Source of the DNA: Deltaproteobacteria bacterium
GTDB taxonomy: Bacteria; Myxococcota_A; UBA9042; DTJE01
Direction: 5' to 3'
Length of the DNA stretch: 46,250 nucleotides
Assembly: GCA_037442805.1 (NCBI GenBank)
Contig: JBBIPO010000007.1
Coordinates: 1 to 46,250, forward strand
In this document: piece after piece, positions 31,631-41,533 of the stretch
Position numbering within the stretch: position 1 is the first letter of the stretch
How the letters are laid out: each line of letters begins with the position of its first letter
Notes under the pieces: generated by a model
Told to the model about the DNA's origin: nothing
The model's input: only the letters and a program-made list of their open reading frames with translations
The model's database searches: none
Program-made: the position numbers and the translations under genes

Positions 31631-34426
31631 ATGGGCAATGACTACAAGGCTACGCTAAGGCTCCCGCGGACCGAGTTCCCGATGAAGGCGAACCTCGCCC
31701 GCAAGGAGCCGGAGGTCCTTCAGTTCTGGACCCGAGAGCGGATCTATGAACGGATGGTCGAGGCCGCGCGAGCCCGGGGCGGGGAGCGGTTCATCCTGCA
31801 CGACGGGCCGCCCTACGCGAACGGCGACATCCACCATGGCCACATCCTGAACAAGGTCCTCAAGGACATCGTGGTGAAGTCCCGCAACATGAGCGGGCGG
31901 TGGTGCGAGTTCATCCCCGGATGGGACTGCCACGGCCTGCCCATCGAGCACGCGGTCGAGAAAGAACTGGGGCGAGAGGCCGCGCGGTCGGACCCCGCGA
32001 ACCTCAGGCGACGATGCCGGGAGTTCGCCGCGCGGTGGGTCCAGGTTCAGCGGGAGGAGTTCCGGCGACTCGGGGTGCTCGGGGACTGGGACCATCCCTA
32101 CCAGACCATGACCCCGGACTACGAGGCCCTCATCGTCCGCGAGTTCGGTCGGTTCGTGGGCCAGGGGGCGGTGAGCGTGGGCCACAAGCCTGTCCTGTGG
32201 TGCCACGTATGCGAGACGGCGCTCGCGGAGGCCGAGGTCGAGTACCAGGAGTCCGTGTCCCCATCCGTGTACGTGCGTTTCCCGTTCCGAGCGGGCTTTG
32301 TCGAGCGCATTCCGGACCTGAAGGGCCGCCCTGGGGCCGTGGCGATCTGGACGACGACCCCCTGGACCCTCCCCGCGAACCTGGCCATCGCCCTGCACCC
32401 GGACGCGACCTACGTGGCCGAGGACGTGGCGGGCGACCTCCTGGTCCTGGCGGAGGAACGCCTCGAGGCGTTCCACCAGGCCACGGGGCTCCCGCGTGGC
32501 GAAATCCTTGCGCGCGCGCCGGGCCGCGCCTTGGAAGGGGCCACGTGCGCGCATCCCTTCCTACCGCGCGAGTCGCTCGTGATTCTGGGGGAGCACGTGA
32601 CCCTGGACACGGGCACGGGCTGCGTCCACACCGCGCCGGGCCACGGCGAGGAGGACTTCGACGTGGGCCGGCGCTACGGTCTGCCCCCCTACGCGCCGGT
32701 GGACGCCCAGGGCCGCTTCACATCCGAGGTCCCGGACTTCGCGGGCCGCGTGGTCTTCGATTGCGACCCGGACATCGTGAACCTGCTGCGGCAACGCGGC
32801 GCGCTGATCCACGCCGAGGACTACGCCCACTCGTACCCGCACTGCTGGCGCAGCAAGAACCCTGTGATCTTCCGGGCCACGCCGCAGTGGTTCATCTCGG
32901 TGGACCGGTCGGGTCTGCGCGAGGCCGCCTTGAAAGCCATCGAGGACGTTCGCTTCATCCCCGCGTGGGGCCGCGCCCGGATCGGCGGGATGCTGCGCAG
33001 CCGCCCGGACTGGTGCATCTCGCGCCAGCGGTTCTGGGGGGTCCCCATCGTGGCCGTGACCTGCCGGGACTGCGGGGAGGCCTCGTCCACCGTGGACCTG
33101 GTCGAGCACGTCGCGACCCGCGTCGAGCAGGGCGGCGTGGACGTCTGGTTCGACGCGAACCTGGCCGACCTGCTTCCCGAAGGCTTCGCGTGCCCGAGGT
33201 GCGGAAGCCGCAACCTCGACCGCGTGCGCGACATCCTCGACGTCTGGTTCGAGTCCGGCACGTCGTATGCCGCGGTCATCGAGCCTCGCTACGGATTCAA
33301 GACCCGCGCCGACCTGTATCTGGAAGGGAGCGACCAGCACCGGGGCTGGTTCCAGTCGTCCTTGCTCGCCTCGGTGGGTACCCGCGGGCAGGCCCCGTTC
33401 CGCGAGGTCCTGACCCACGGCTTCGTGGTGGACGGCAACGGGAGGAAACTCGCCAAGAGCCTCGGGAACTACGTGGACCCGGACGAGGTGATCCAGAAGA
33501 ACGGGGCGGACCTGTTGCGCCTGTGGACCGCGGCCGAGGATTACCGGGACGACATCCGCCTGTCCGACGAGATCCTGACGCGCCTGATCGAGGCGTACCG
33601 GAAGGTGCGCAACACGTTCCGGTTCATGCTGGGCGTGGTGTCCGACCTCGACCCGGGGCGCGACCTCTTGCCGGTTCCGGAGTCGCTGGACCAGGACCGG
33701 TACGCGCTGTTGCGATTCGCGGAGGTGGCCCGCGCGGTGCGCGATGCCTACGACGCCTATGAATTCCACACCGTGGTCCGCCTCCTCCTGGACTACGCGG
33801 TCCGTGACCTGTCCGCCTTCTACCTGGACGTGGGCAAGGACCGCCTCTACTGTGGACTTCCCTGGGGGTACGAGCGCCGGTCCATCCAGGGCGCCATCTA
33901 TCGCATCCTGCGCGGGATGCTCTCGCTGACCGCCCCGGTCCTGTCCTTCACGTGCGAGGAAGCGTGGGGCCACCTGCCGAAGGGGCCGGGCGACCCGGCG
34001 AGTGTGTTCCTGGCACCCTTCCCGGATCCCGTGGACTACGGGGAGCCCGAGGAGGCCCTCATCGCCGCGATGGGCGCGGTCCTGGACGCGCGGGCCGAGG
34101 TCCTGCGCGAGATCGAGCGCCTGCGCGTGGCGGGCGAGGTGGGACATCCCCTGGAGGCCGCAGTGCGCCTGACCCTCCCCCCGAGCGGGAGCGTGGCCGA
34201 GGGGCTCCGGCGCTTCGAGCCATGCCTCCCCGAGTTGTTCGTCGTGTCGAAGGTGACGCTTCAAGCCGGGACGGGGGGGCTTCAGGTCGCGGTGGAGCGC
34301 GCGCCCGGCGCGCGCTGCGCGCGCTGCTGGACCTGGACGGAGCGGCTCGGGGAGGACGGCGCGGCGCATCCGGACCTGTGCCCGCGCTGCGCTTCGGTCG
34401 TCCGGGCCCTGGAGGAGGCTCGATGA
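31631..34426 (+). CDS. ileS: Isoleucine--tRNA ligase
   Basis: The HIGH motif is 'GDIHHGHILNK' and the KMSKS-type motif is 'KLAKSLGN'. 'GWDCHGLP' is present. The C-terminal Zn-finger cysteines are 'CARCW...CPRC'. Confidence 0.95.
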   Translation: MGNDYKATLRLPRTEFPMKANLARKEPEVLQFWTRERIYERMVEAARARGGERFILHDGPPYANGDIHHGHILNKVLKDIVVKSRNMSGRWCEFIPGWDCHGLPIEHAVEKELGREAARSDPANLRRRCREFAARWVQVQREEFRRLGVLGDWDHPYQTMTPDYEALIVREFGRFVGQGAVSVGHKPVLWCHVCETALAEAEVEYQESVSPSVYVRFPFRAGFVERIPDLKGRPGAVAIWTTTPWTLPANLAIALHPDATYVAEDVAGDLLVLAEERLEAFHQATGLPRGEILARAPGRALEGATCAHPFLPRESLVILGEHVTLDTGTGCVHTAPGHGEEDFDVGRRYGLPPYAPVDAQGRFTSEVPDFAGRVVFDCDPDIVNLLRQRGALIHAEDYAHSYPHCWRSKNPVIFRATPQWFISVDRSGLREAALKAIEDVRFIPAWGRARIGGMLRSRPDWCISRQRFWGVPIVAVTCRDCGEASSTVDLVEHVATRVEQGGVDVWFDANLADLLPEGFACPRCGSRNLDRVRDILDVWFESGTSYAAVIEPRYGFKTRADLYLEGSDQHRGWFQSSLLASVGTRGQAPFREVLTHGFVVDGNGRKLAKSLGNYVDPDEVIQKNGADLLRLWTAAEDYRDDIRLSDEILTRLIEAYRKVRNTFRFMLGVVSDLDPGRDLLPVPESLDQDRYALLRFAEVARAVRDAYDAYEFHTVVRLLLDYAVRDLSAFYLDVGKDRLYCGLPWGYERRSIQGAIYRILRGMLSLTAPVLSFTCEEAWGHLPKGPGDPASVFLAPFPDPVDYGEPEEALIAAMGAVLDARAEVLREIERLRVAGEVGHPLEAAVRLTLPPSGSVAEGLRRFEPCLPELFVVSKVTLQAGTGGLQVAVERAPGARCARCWTWTERLGEDGAAHPDLCPRCASVVRALEEAR

Positions 34427-35457
34427 CGGACAGGACCCGGCAACTGGCGAGGCGCTACGGGATCGTGCTCGCGGTGGTGGCGGCCACGGCCGTGTCCGAC
34501 CTGGGAACCAAGCGCTGGGCCGAGCGCAACCTGGCGACGGGCGAGCACCTGCTCCCGGTGAGGGCCGCGGGGGTGGCACCGGGGACCACGGTGGGCGACC
34601 TGGTGCGCTCGCGCTGGCCGGACCTGGAGGACGGCGCGCTAAACGGGGCCCTGTTCCGGGTGGACACGGGCGCGCGGTTCACCCCGGACCTCCCGGTGGC
34701 CCGGGTCGAGGCCAACGGTCCCCCGATTCAGGGCTTCTTCGTGTTCGACCGCGGGGACCTCGACGGGTTCGCGAGGCGCGTGGACCGTCCCGACCCGGCC
34801 CGCGAGGAACGCCGCATCGCGGAAGACAACCCCGGCCTCGCCCCCGAGGAGGCGCGCGCCCGCGCCCGCGCGGCCCTGGACGGCGTGACCCTGGACGCCT
34901 TTCTGGCCGATGCGTTGCCGCACCTGTCGGACGAGGAGCGCCGCCTCACCATCGAGCAAGGCGTGTTCCCGGCGCGCGGTCGCCGGGACCTCGTGTCGCC
35001 GTCGGCGCCGGCCGAGGAAGGGACCCTCTACCTCGTGGGCCATCGCCAGGTCGTGCTGATCCCCGAGCACCTCGACTTCAGTTACGTCGAGAACCCGGCC
35101 GGGGCGTGGGGCCTGCTCGCGGACGTGGACGACGACGTGCGGCGCACCGTCTTCTTCGTCCTGTCCCTGGTCGCCATCGGGGTCGTGGTGGCGCTCCTGG
35201 TGCGCCCCCCGAGCGAGCGGCCTCTGCCCCTGGTTGCGCTCGGAGGCATCCTGGGCGGGGCGGTCGGCAACGTGGTGGACCGCCTGACCACCCACTACGT
35301 CGTGGACTTCATCCACATGTACTGGGGCGACTACCACTGGCCGCGTTACAACATCGCGGACATCGGGATCACCGTGGGGGTGATCGTGTTGCTGCTGTCG
35401 TCGGGGAAGTCGAAAAAGACCGGGAAGCCCGCCGGGGACCGCGCCGCGTCGGCTTGA
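34423..35457 (+). CDS. lspA: Lipoprotein signal peptidase (signal peptidase II) with a large periplasmic insertion
   Basis: An ATGA overlap links it to ileS. Conserved blocks are 'SDLGTKRWA', 'YVENPAGAWG', 'GGAVGNVVDRL', 'VVDFI' and 'YNIADIGITVG'. It is 344 aa against the usual ~160-200 aa. Confidence 0.8.
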   Translation: MTDRTRQLARRYGIVLAVVAATAVSDLGTKRWAERNLATGEHLLPVRAAGVAPGTTVGDLVRSRWPDLEDGALNGALFRVDTGARFTPDLPVARVEANGPPIQGFFVFDRGDLDGFARRVDRPDPAREERRIAEDNPGLAPEEARARARAALDGVTLDAFLADALPHLSDEERRLTIEQGVFPARGRRDLVSPSAPAEEGTLYLVGHRQVVLIPEHLDFSYVENPAGAWGLLADVDDDVRRTVFFVLSLVAIGVVVALLVRPPSERPLPLVALGGILGGAVGNVVDRLTTHYVVDFIHMYWGDYHWPRYNIADIGITVGVIVLLLSSGKSKKTGKPAGDRAASA

Positions 35458-35520
35458 TCTCGGTCGGGCCGCCGTCCGAATTGCCGTAGAATCCCTGCGG
35501 GAGCCTTGAAGCATCGGCGT

Positions 35521-36338
35521 ATGACCCTTCCGGGTGATCCTTCATGCCTTGTCCTCGGTGGGCGGGGATTCGTGGGGTCCCACATCGTGGCCGCCGCGAC
35601 CCGCCGGGGCTGGCGGGTGGTTGCGGCCGGGCGCGACGACGCGGCTTCCTGGACCGGGACCTCGTGGGACCTGATCATCAACGCGAACGGCCAGGCGAGT
35701 CGGTTCCGGGCGGACCAGGACCCATGGTGTGACTTCGAGGCAAGTGTGGTACCCGTTTATCGGTCGTTATTTGACTACAAATATGGTGAATATATATTGG
35801 TCTCGACGGTGGACGTGTACGGCCAACCTGACAGCGGGGAGGCGACGCGCGAGGATACGCCGGTGGACCTCCTGGCGTTGCGACCCTACGGCTTCCACCG
35901 GCGCCTGGCGGAGATCGCGGTGATGCGTCGGCGCCCCGCTGGCGGGTCTTCCGGCTGGCCCAGGTGATCGGCGAGGGGTCGAAGAAGGGGCCGGTCCACG
36001 ACCTCGTGTCCGGGAGCACCTTGTTCATCAGCCCCGACTCCTCCCTGCATTTCCTGACCGCGGAGCGGGCCGGGAGCCTTGCCGTCACGCTGGTCGAAAC
36101 GGCGCCTCCCAACGAGGTTCTCAACGTGTGCGGCCGGGGGAGCGTCCCCTTCCGCCGCGTCCTGGACCTCCTGCCTCCTGACTGGCCGCTGCGGTGGCAC
36201 GACCGGTTGGAGGTTCAGACCTACCGCATCTCGACGGACCGGACCGCGTCGCTGGTTTCTCTGCCGGACTCGTGCGAGGAGGTCCGATCCTTTCTGGCGT
36301 CGCGCATTCCGATCTCGCGCGAGGGACGGTCACGATGA
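35521..36338 (+). pseudogene. NAD-dependent epimerase/dehydratase (SDR) gene with a frameshift
   Basis: The Rossmann motif is 'CLVLGGRGFVGSHIV'. The frame breaks near 35926-35937: '...YGFHRRLAEIAVMR' continues in the adjacent frame as 'APRWRVFRLAQVIGEGSKKGPVHDLV...'. Confidence 0.7.
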
Positions 36339-37051
36339 CACGGTTCGATGCGTCCATTCTCGTGGTCGCGCGCGACGAACAGGAGAGCATCGAGGCGTGC
36401 GTACGGGCGGTCCTCGCGGCGGCCACCGGTCCCTGGGAGGTCCTCATCGTGGACGGGGGAACGGACGGGACCATGCAGGTCGTGCAGAACCTGACGCGGG
36501 AACTCGATGGGGTTCGCTACATCCGGAACGACGGGGACCTCGGCAAGGGCCATGCGGTCCGCCACGGCATCCGCGAGGCACGCGCGGACGTGATGGCGCA
36601 GTTCGATGCGGACTTGCAGTTCGCGGCCGAGGACCAGCCGCGGGTCTTCGCCCCCATCCAGGCGGGCGAGGCGGACGTGGTGCTCGGGTCGCGATTTCTG
36701 GATGGGGCCGTGCGAGAGCCAGGAAGCACACCCCTGGTCCGCAGGCTCGGGAACCGCGCGGTCAGCGCGTACGCTTCGCTGGTCACCGGGAGGCGACTGA
36801 CCGACGTGCAGGCGGGGATCAAGGCGTGGAGCCGTGATGCCGCGAGGCGAATCGCCCTGGAAAGCGATGGGTTCTCGTACGAGGCGGAGATCGCGGTCAA
36901 GGCGGTGTCCAGGGGACTGCGGGTCCTCGAGGTTCCGGTGACGACCCGGGCACGCCGCGCCGGTCGCAGCAAGGTCCGCCTGGCGCGCGCGGGACTGGCC
37001 CTCGTCCGGGATATCACGAGGTTCGCGCTGGCCGGGGAGGGACGGCGATGA
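36335..37051 (+). CDS. Family 2 glycosyltransferase (polyprenol-phosphate glycosyltransferase-like)
   Basis: 'SILVVARDEQESIEACV', 'VLIVDGGTDGT', 'GKGHAVRHG', 'DADLQF' (DxD) and 'TDVQAGIKAW' are present. ATGA overlaps occur on both sides. Confidence 0.85.
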   Translation: MTRFDASILVVARDEQESIEACVRAVLAAATGPWEVLIVDGGTDGTMQVVQNLTRELDGVRYIRNDGDLGKGHAVRHGIREARADVMAQFDADLQFAAEDQPRVFAPIQAGEADVVLGSRFLDGAVREPGSTPLVRRLGNRAVSAYASLVTGRRLTDVQAGIKAWSRDAARRIALESDGFSYEAEIAVKAVSRGLRVLEVPVTTRARRAGRSKVRLARAGLALVRDITRFALAGEGRR

Positions 37052-37974
37052 GGGTCCTCGTCACCGGGGGTGGCGGGTACATCGGGTCGGTCCTCGTCCC
37101 CAGGCTCCTGGAATCGGGCCACGATGTCACGGTGCTCGACAACCTCCGGTACGGGGGCCACGGGCTCCTGCCCTGCTTCCGGTACCCCGCGTTCCGCTTC
37201 GTGCAAGGGGACGTGCGCGATCGGACCACGGTCCGGCGCGAGGTCGCTCGGGCGGACCTGGTGATGCACGTGGCCGCCATCGTCGGGGTCCCTGCCTGCC
37301 GCAAGTACCCGGCCGACGCCGAGTCGGTCAACGTGGAGGGGACGCGGAACGTGGTCAACGCCCTCGGCGGGGACCAGGCGCTGATCTTCGCATCCACGGG
37401 GAGTTTCTACGGGGACTGCGGGGCCGAATGCACGGAGGGGAGCCCCCTGAACCCGGGATCGCTGTATTCGGACACCAAGATGCGCGCGGAGCGGCTGGCG
37501 CTCGACGCGGGGAACGCCGTCTCCCTGAGGCTCGCCACCGGTTTCGGTGTCTCCCCGAGGCTGCGCCTGGACCTGCTCGCGAACGACTTCGTGCGTTAGG
37601 CCGTGATCAATCGGCAGTTGATCGTGTACGAAAAGCATTTCCGCCGGACCTTCCTTCACGTCCAGGACATCGCTCGCGCGTTTCTGTTCGCGATGGACCA
37701 CGTGGACCCCATGCGGGGCCAGGCCTTCAACACGGGTCACGAATCCCTGAATCTGACCAACGAGGAGGTGGCCCTCGCCATCCGTGGGCGCGTGGACTAC
37801 TACCTTCACTTCGCCAAGGTCGGCCACGACCCGGACCGACGCGACTACACCGTATCGTTTCAGAAGTTGCGGGGACTGGGGTTCGAACCCACGGTCACGC
37901 TCGGCGAGGGACTGGACGAGTTGATCCGGGCCATGGAAGTCGTGAGGTTCGACAACCCCTCCGACAACCTGTGA
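37048..37974 (+). pseudogene. NAD-dependent epimerase/dehydratase (SDR) gene interrupted by an in-frame TAG
   Basis: 'MRVLVTGGGGYIGSVLV' and 'YSDTKMRAE' (YxxxK) are present. '...LLANDFVR' is followed by TAG at 37597-37599, then the same frame continues 'AVINRQLIVYEKHFRRTFLHVQDIARAF', the normal continuation of the fold. Confidence 0.75.
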
Positions 37975-38939
37975 CGGGAGGGCGCTTGCGCCGGGACACT
38001 GGCTGGGAAACCACGCGGACCGCGGTCCTTGGCGGCGGGGGGTTCCTGGGGCGACACGTGGTCGAGGTGCTCTGCGAGAGAGGCGCCTGTCCCTGGGTCC
38101 CGCGCACGCGCGATGGCCACGACTTCCGCTGTCTCGACTCCGCGCGTCGCTTCATGACCGAGGTCCGGCCCGAGGTCGTGTTCCAGTGTGCCGCGCACCA
38201 GGGGGGTCTGGCCTATCAGGGTCCCCGCCCCGTCGAGGTCCTCCAGGACAACCTACTGATCGCCATCCACACGCTGGCTGCGGCGCGCGAGGCCGGGGTC
38301 CGCAAGTTCGTGAACGTGGTCGCCGCCTGCTCGTATCCGGGCCATCTCGACCGCCCCCTCTCGGAGGACGACTACTGGGCTGGGCCGCTGCACGAGTCCG
38401 TTCTCTCGTACGGCCTCGCAAGGAAGGCGTCCGTCGTGCTCGGGTCTGCGTATCGCCGGGAATATGGTTTGAACTGTATCCATCTGATCCTGACGAACCT
38501 CTACGGCCCCGGGGATCACCTCGAGCCCGACCGCTCGCATGCCCTGGTCGCGATCCTCCGAAAGATGATGGAGGCCCGGCGCGACCGCTCCCCGACCGTC
38601 ACGGTCTGGAGCACGGGCCACCCGGTCCGCGAGTGGCTGTCCGTCCGAGATGCGGCGGAGGCCATTGTCCTGGCCGCGGAAGGCTACGATCAGGATGCCC
38701 CGCTCAACGTGGGAACGGGCGAGGGTCTGACCATCGCCGCCCTGGCCCTGCTGATCCAGGACGTGGTGGGCTACCCGGGCGAGATCGTCTTCGACCCCTC
38801 GCGCCCGGACGGGGCCCTGTTCAAGACCCTCTCCTGCGACCGCATCCGATCCGCGCTCGGCTGGACGCCCAGGACCCCCCTGCGCGAGGAGATCGAACGG
38901 ATCCGGACCTCGCTGAGGCATCAAATCCCCGATCGGTGA
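37971..38939 (+). CDS. NAD-dependent epimerase/reductase, GDP-L-fucose-synthase-like
   Basis: A GTG start overlaps the upstream stop (GTGA). 'AVLGGGGFLGRHVV', 'VFQCAAHQGGL', 'KFVNVVAACSYP', 'NLYGPGD' and 'REWLSVRDAAEA' are present. The start codon is uncertain. Confidence 0.7.
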   Translation: MTGGRLRRDTGWETTRTAVLGGGGFLGRHVVEVLCERGACPWVPRTRDGHDFRCLDSARRFMTEVRPEVVFQCAAHQGGLAYQGPRPVEVLQDNLLIAIHTLAAAREAGVRKFVNVVAACSYPGHLDRPLSEDDYWAGPLHESVLSYGLARKASVVLGSAYRREYGLNCIHLILTNLYGPGDHLEPDRSHALVAILRKMMEARRDRSPTVTVWSTGHPVREWLSVRDAAEAIVLAAEGYDQDAPLNVGTGEGLTIAALALLIQDVVGYPGEIVFDPSRPDGALFKTLSCDRIRSALGWTPRTPLREEIERIRTSLRHQIPDR

Positions 38940-38954
38940 CCGGAGGCCCCCGAA

Positions 38955-40475
38955 TCAGGGAACCGCCACCGACGCCCACGACGTGTTCCCGCCCGGGTCC
39001 GAGGCCCACACGAGGGCCTCGTAGGGACCGGGCGCGAGGTACGTGTGGGTCACGACGGCGCCGTCCGCATAGTCCAGGTCCCCGAAGAACCACTGGATGG
39101 CCACGGGTCCGTCGGGGTCCGAGGCCTCGGCCTCGAAGGACGCGGTTTGGCCCTCCAGGGACACAAGCCGGGCGGTCAGGGTGGGCGGCTCGTCGCCGGT
39201 CGCGGGCCACTGTTCCAGGATCAGGGGCGAGACCGGCTCTCGAGGGAGGGTCCACACCTCCCCGTCGCCCGTCCCCGTGATCGCCCCGCCTCGCAGGAGC
39301 ACCGCCTCGCGGGCCAGGGCCTCGGTCGCCTCGACAGCCTGGGCCAGCGTCACGTCCGTGTACGAGAAGGTCCGGTCCCACTCGACCGGGGCCTTGAACT
39401 CCTCGGGGATCCCGGACAACCCCACCAGGGTCCCCAGGACCCCGCCCGCGGTGGAGGGGTTGCAGTCGCTGTCCTGGCCGCAGCGCATCGCAATGACCAT
39501 CGTCTTCTCGAAGTCCCCCCCGCCATACAGGAGCCCCATCAGGACGTAGGCCGCGTTCAGTTTGGCGTCAATGTTGTACGGCACGCCCACGCCATCCGGG
39601 CAGCGGTCCACCTCGCCCCATTTCGCCTGGACCCGGCCCCAGGTCGCCTGCCAGTCGTCCGGTTCCTCGGCGTGCCAGGCGACGACGTCGTCGAGCACTT
39701 GCCGGAACAGGCTCCGCTCCGGGATCGCCGCGAGGCCCGCCTCCACCACTTGCCGCACGTCCCCGGCCACGAACGCCTCGGCGTGCATGGCCGCGACGAA
39801 GACCCCGCCATAGACCCCGTCCCCGAAGTTCGTGACGTGTCCGAGCCTCCACGCCGCCTCGGCCGCGGCCCGAGGCATCCCCGGGGCCGCGAGCCCCAGG
39901 AAGTCCGCCTCGATCTGCCAGTCAATGTCGTCGCAGTGGGGGTTGCGCGCGTAGTGGCCCGAATCAGGGGCCGGGATGCCCTTGCGCAGGTTCTTGCGAC
40001 CCGCCTCGTTCGCGTGCCACAGGGGGAAGGCCGTGGCCGCGAAGGCCTCGGCCACGGGCGTCCACCCCGCCGCGACCCCGTGCTCGCGCAGGGCGAGCAG
40101 AAACGGGACCTCGACGTACAGGTCGTCCTGGAGGTACGCGGTCCAGAAGGCCTCGGGAGACCACGCGGGGACATACTCCTCGGGGATGATCTCGCCCAGG
40201 TACAGGAACTCGGTGATCCCGGCGCGGACGACGCCCACCATCTGGCCGACCCACCCGCCCGCGATGCGGTCGCGGACCTCGGCACCAGACAGCGTGACCA
40301 TCTGGTTCACGGTGGTTTCCGTCTCGACTTCGGGTATCTCGTCCGCGAACTCGCCGGGTCCAGGGTCCACACCGGGGTCCGTTCGGGACGGGGACCCGCC
40401 ACCCCCGCAGGCCGCAACGAGCAGACAGGTCGCCACCAGTCGCGACTGCGTCCACGTCCTTTCCACGACCGTCAT
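38955..40475 (-). CDS. ADP-ribosylglycohydrolase-family lipoprotein with a C-terminal PKD-like domain
   Basis: The lipobox is 'CLLVAACGGG'. 'DRIAGGWVGQMVG' and 'RCGQDSDCNPSTAGGVLGTLVG' are ARH family blocks. The C-terminal 'ASDPDGPVAIQWFFGD...YLAPGPYEALVWASDPGGN' is PKD-like. The ATGA overlaps the upstream stop. Confidence 0.8.
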   Translation of the reverse strand: MTVVERTWTQSRLVATCLLVAACGGGGSPSRTDPGVDPGPGEFADEIPEVETETTVNQMVTLSGAEVRDRIAGGWVGQMVGVVRAGITEFLYLGEIIPEEYVPAWSPEAFWTAYLQDDLYVEVPFLLALREHGVAAGWTPVAEAFAATAFPLWHANEAGRKNLRKGIPAPDSGHYARNPHCDDIDWQIEADFLGLAAPGMPRAAAEAAWRLGHVTNFGDGVYGGVFVAAMHAEAFVAGDVRQVVEAGLAAIPERSLFRQVLDDVVAWHAEEPDDWQATWGRVQAKWGEVDRCPDGVGVPYNIDAKLNAAYVLMGLLYGGGDFEKTMVIAMRCGQDSDCNPSTAGGVLGTLVGLSGIPEEFKAPVEWDRTFSYTDVTLAQAVEATEALAREAVLLRGGAITGTGDGEVWTLPREPVSPLILEQWPATGDEPPTLTARLVSLEGQTASFEAEASDPDGPVAIQWFFGDLDYADGAVVTHTYLAPGPYEALVWASDPGGNTSWASVAVP

Positions 40476-41533
40476 CGTCCTGGGTCTGGCCGACGCGTGG
40501 GTGCCTGGGCGCGCACCTGGACCCGGGCCTCGGCGCGCAGCGACTCGATGAACGCCCGGTATTCCTTCTGGAAGGCCTGTTCGGTCAGTGCGTAGCGGAC
40601 CCGCGCGCGGGCCTCCTCGGGGTCCCGGATGGGGACCACGCGGCGCTCGCTCACCCGCAGGACGTGGAACCCGAGCGGCGACTGGACCACCGGAGAGATC
40701 TCCCCGACCTCCAGTCGGAACGCGACCTCCTCCAGCGCGGGCAACAACTGTCCGCGACCGAAGAAGCCCACGTCCCCGCCCGCCTGGGCGCTCCCGTCCT
40801 CGCTGTGCTGCCGCGCCGCGTCCTCGAACGAAATTCGCCCCGAGGCCACCTGCTCGCGGATTTCCTGGGCCCGCGCCATCAGTCCCTGGAGTTGCGGAAG
40901 CGTGACCTCGGTCGGGATGCGGAACACGATGTGCCAGAGGTGGACCTCGTCCTCCCCCTGCCCTTGGTGGTACTCCTTCAAGAAGGCCTCCTCGACCTCG
41001 CGGTCGGTGACCCGGATGCGCGAATGGACCTTGTATTGCAGGACCTTGCCGCGGATCATCTGCTCCTTGCGCGTCTCGAAGTAGGTCCTGCGGTCGAAGC
41101 CGAGCATCCGCAGGACCGCATCGTAGTCCTCCTCGCTCCAGCCGTTTTCCTGCCGCATGGCGCGCAGGGACTGCTCGACCTCGTCGTCCGACACGTCGAT
41201 CTGGAGCCGGCGGGCCTCGCGCATCAGGAGGCGCTCCGCGATCAGGTCGTCGAGCGCCGCCTGGAAGGACGCCTGCTCGTCCTCCCGCGTGTCCGCGATG
41301 AACCGCGCGAGGGGGTTGTTCGTCTCGCGCACCCGGGCCTCGACCTCGTACCGGGTGATGGCGTCCTTCCCGACCGTGGCCACGATCTCGTCCACGACCT
41401 CGTCGGGCGTCTCGACCTCGACGGGGGTGGGCGCGCGCTCGCCGACGCCCCCGGACGGAGGGGGCTGCCCCAGGGCTACCGTCGCGACGCCGAGGCTGGC
41501 CACGACCAGACAGGGCCCCGTCCACCCCCTCAT
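40472..41533 (-). CDS. SurA-like periplasmic chaperone / parvulin-type peptidyl-prolyl isomerase
   Basis: GGAAGGAGG lies upstream of the ATG. A signal peptide is followed by a SurA-N-like region, and the parvulin block is 'GGDVGFFGRGQLLPALEEVAFRLEVGEISPVVQSPLGFHVLRV'. Confidence 0.8.
   Translation of the reverse strand: MRGWTGPCLVVASLGVATVALGQPPPSGGVGERAPTPVEVETPDEVVDEIVATVGKDAITRYEVEARVRETNNPLARFIADTREDEQASFQAALDDLIAERLLMREARRLQIDVSDDEVEQSLRAMRQENGWSEEDYDAVLRMLGFDRRTYFETRKEQMIRGKVLQYKVHSRIRVTDREVEEAFLKEYHQGQGEDEVHLWHIVFRIPTEVTLPQLQGLMARAQEIREQVASGRISFEDAARQHSEDGSAQAGGDVGFFGRGQLLPALEEVAFRLEVGEISPVVQSPLGFHVLRVSERRVVPIRDPEEARARVRYALTEQAFQKEYRAFIESLRAEARVQVRAQAPTRRPDPGR

Noticed and set aside
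37597..37599. Pyrrolysine or genetic-code reassignment of the in-frame TAG.
   Set aside because: TAG ends other genes normally (for example 964-966). No pyl genes are in view, and the lineage and enzyme family give no precedent. Nonsense mutation or sequencing error is the simpler explanation.
37870..37900. A tRNA-like T-arm sequence, 'GGGGTTCGAACCCAC'.
   Set aside because: It lies inside a well-supported coding frame (LGFEPTV). The flanking sequence cannot form acceptor, D or anticodon arms.
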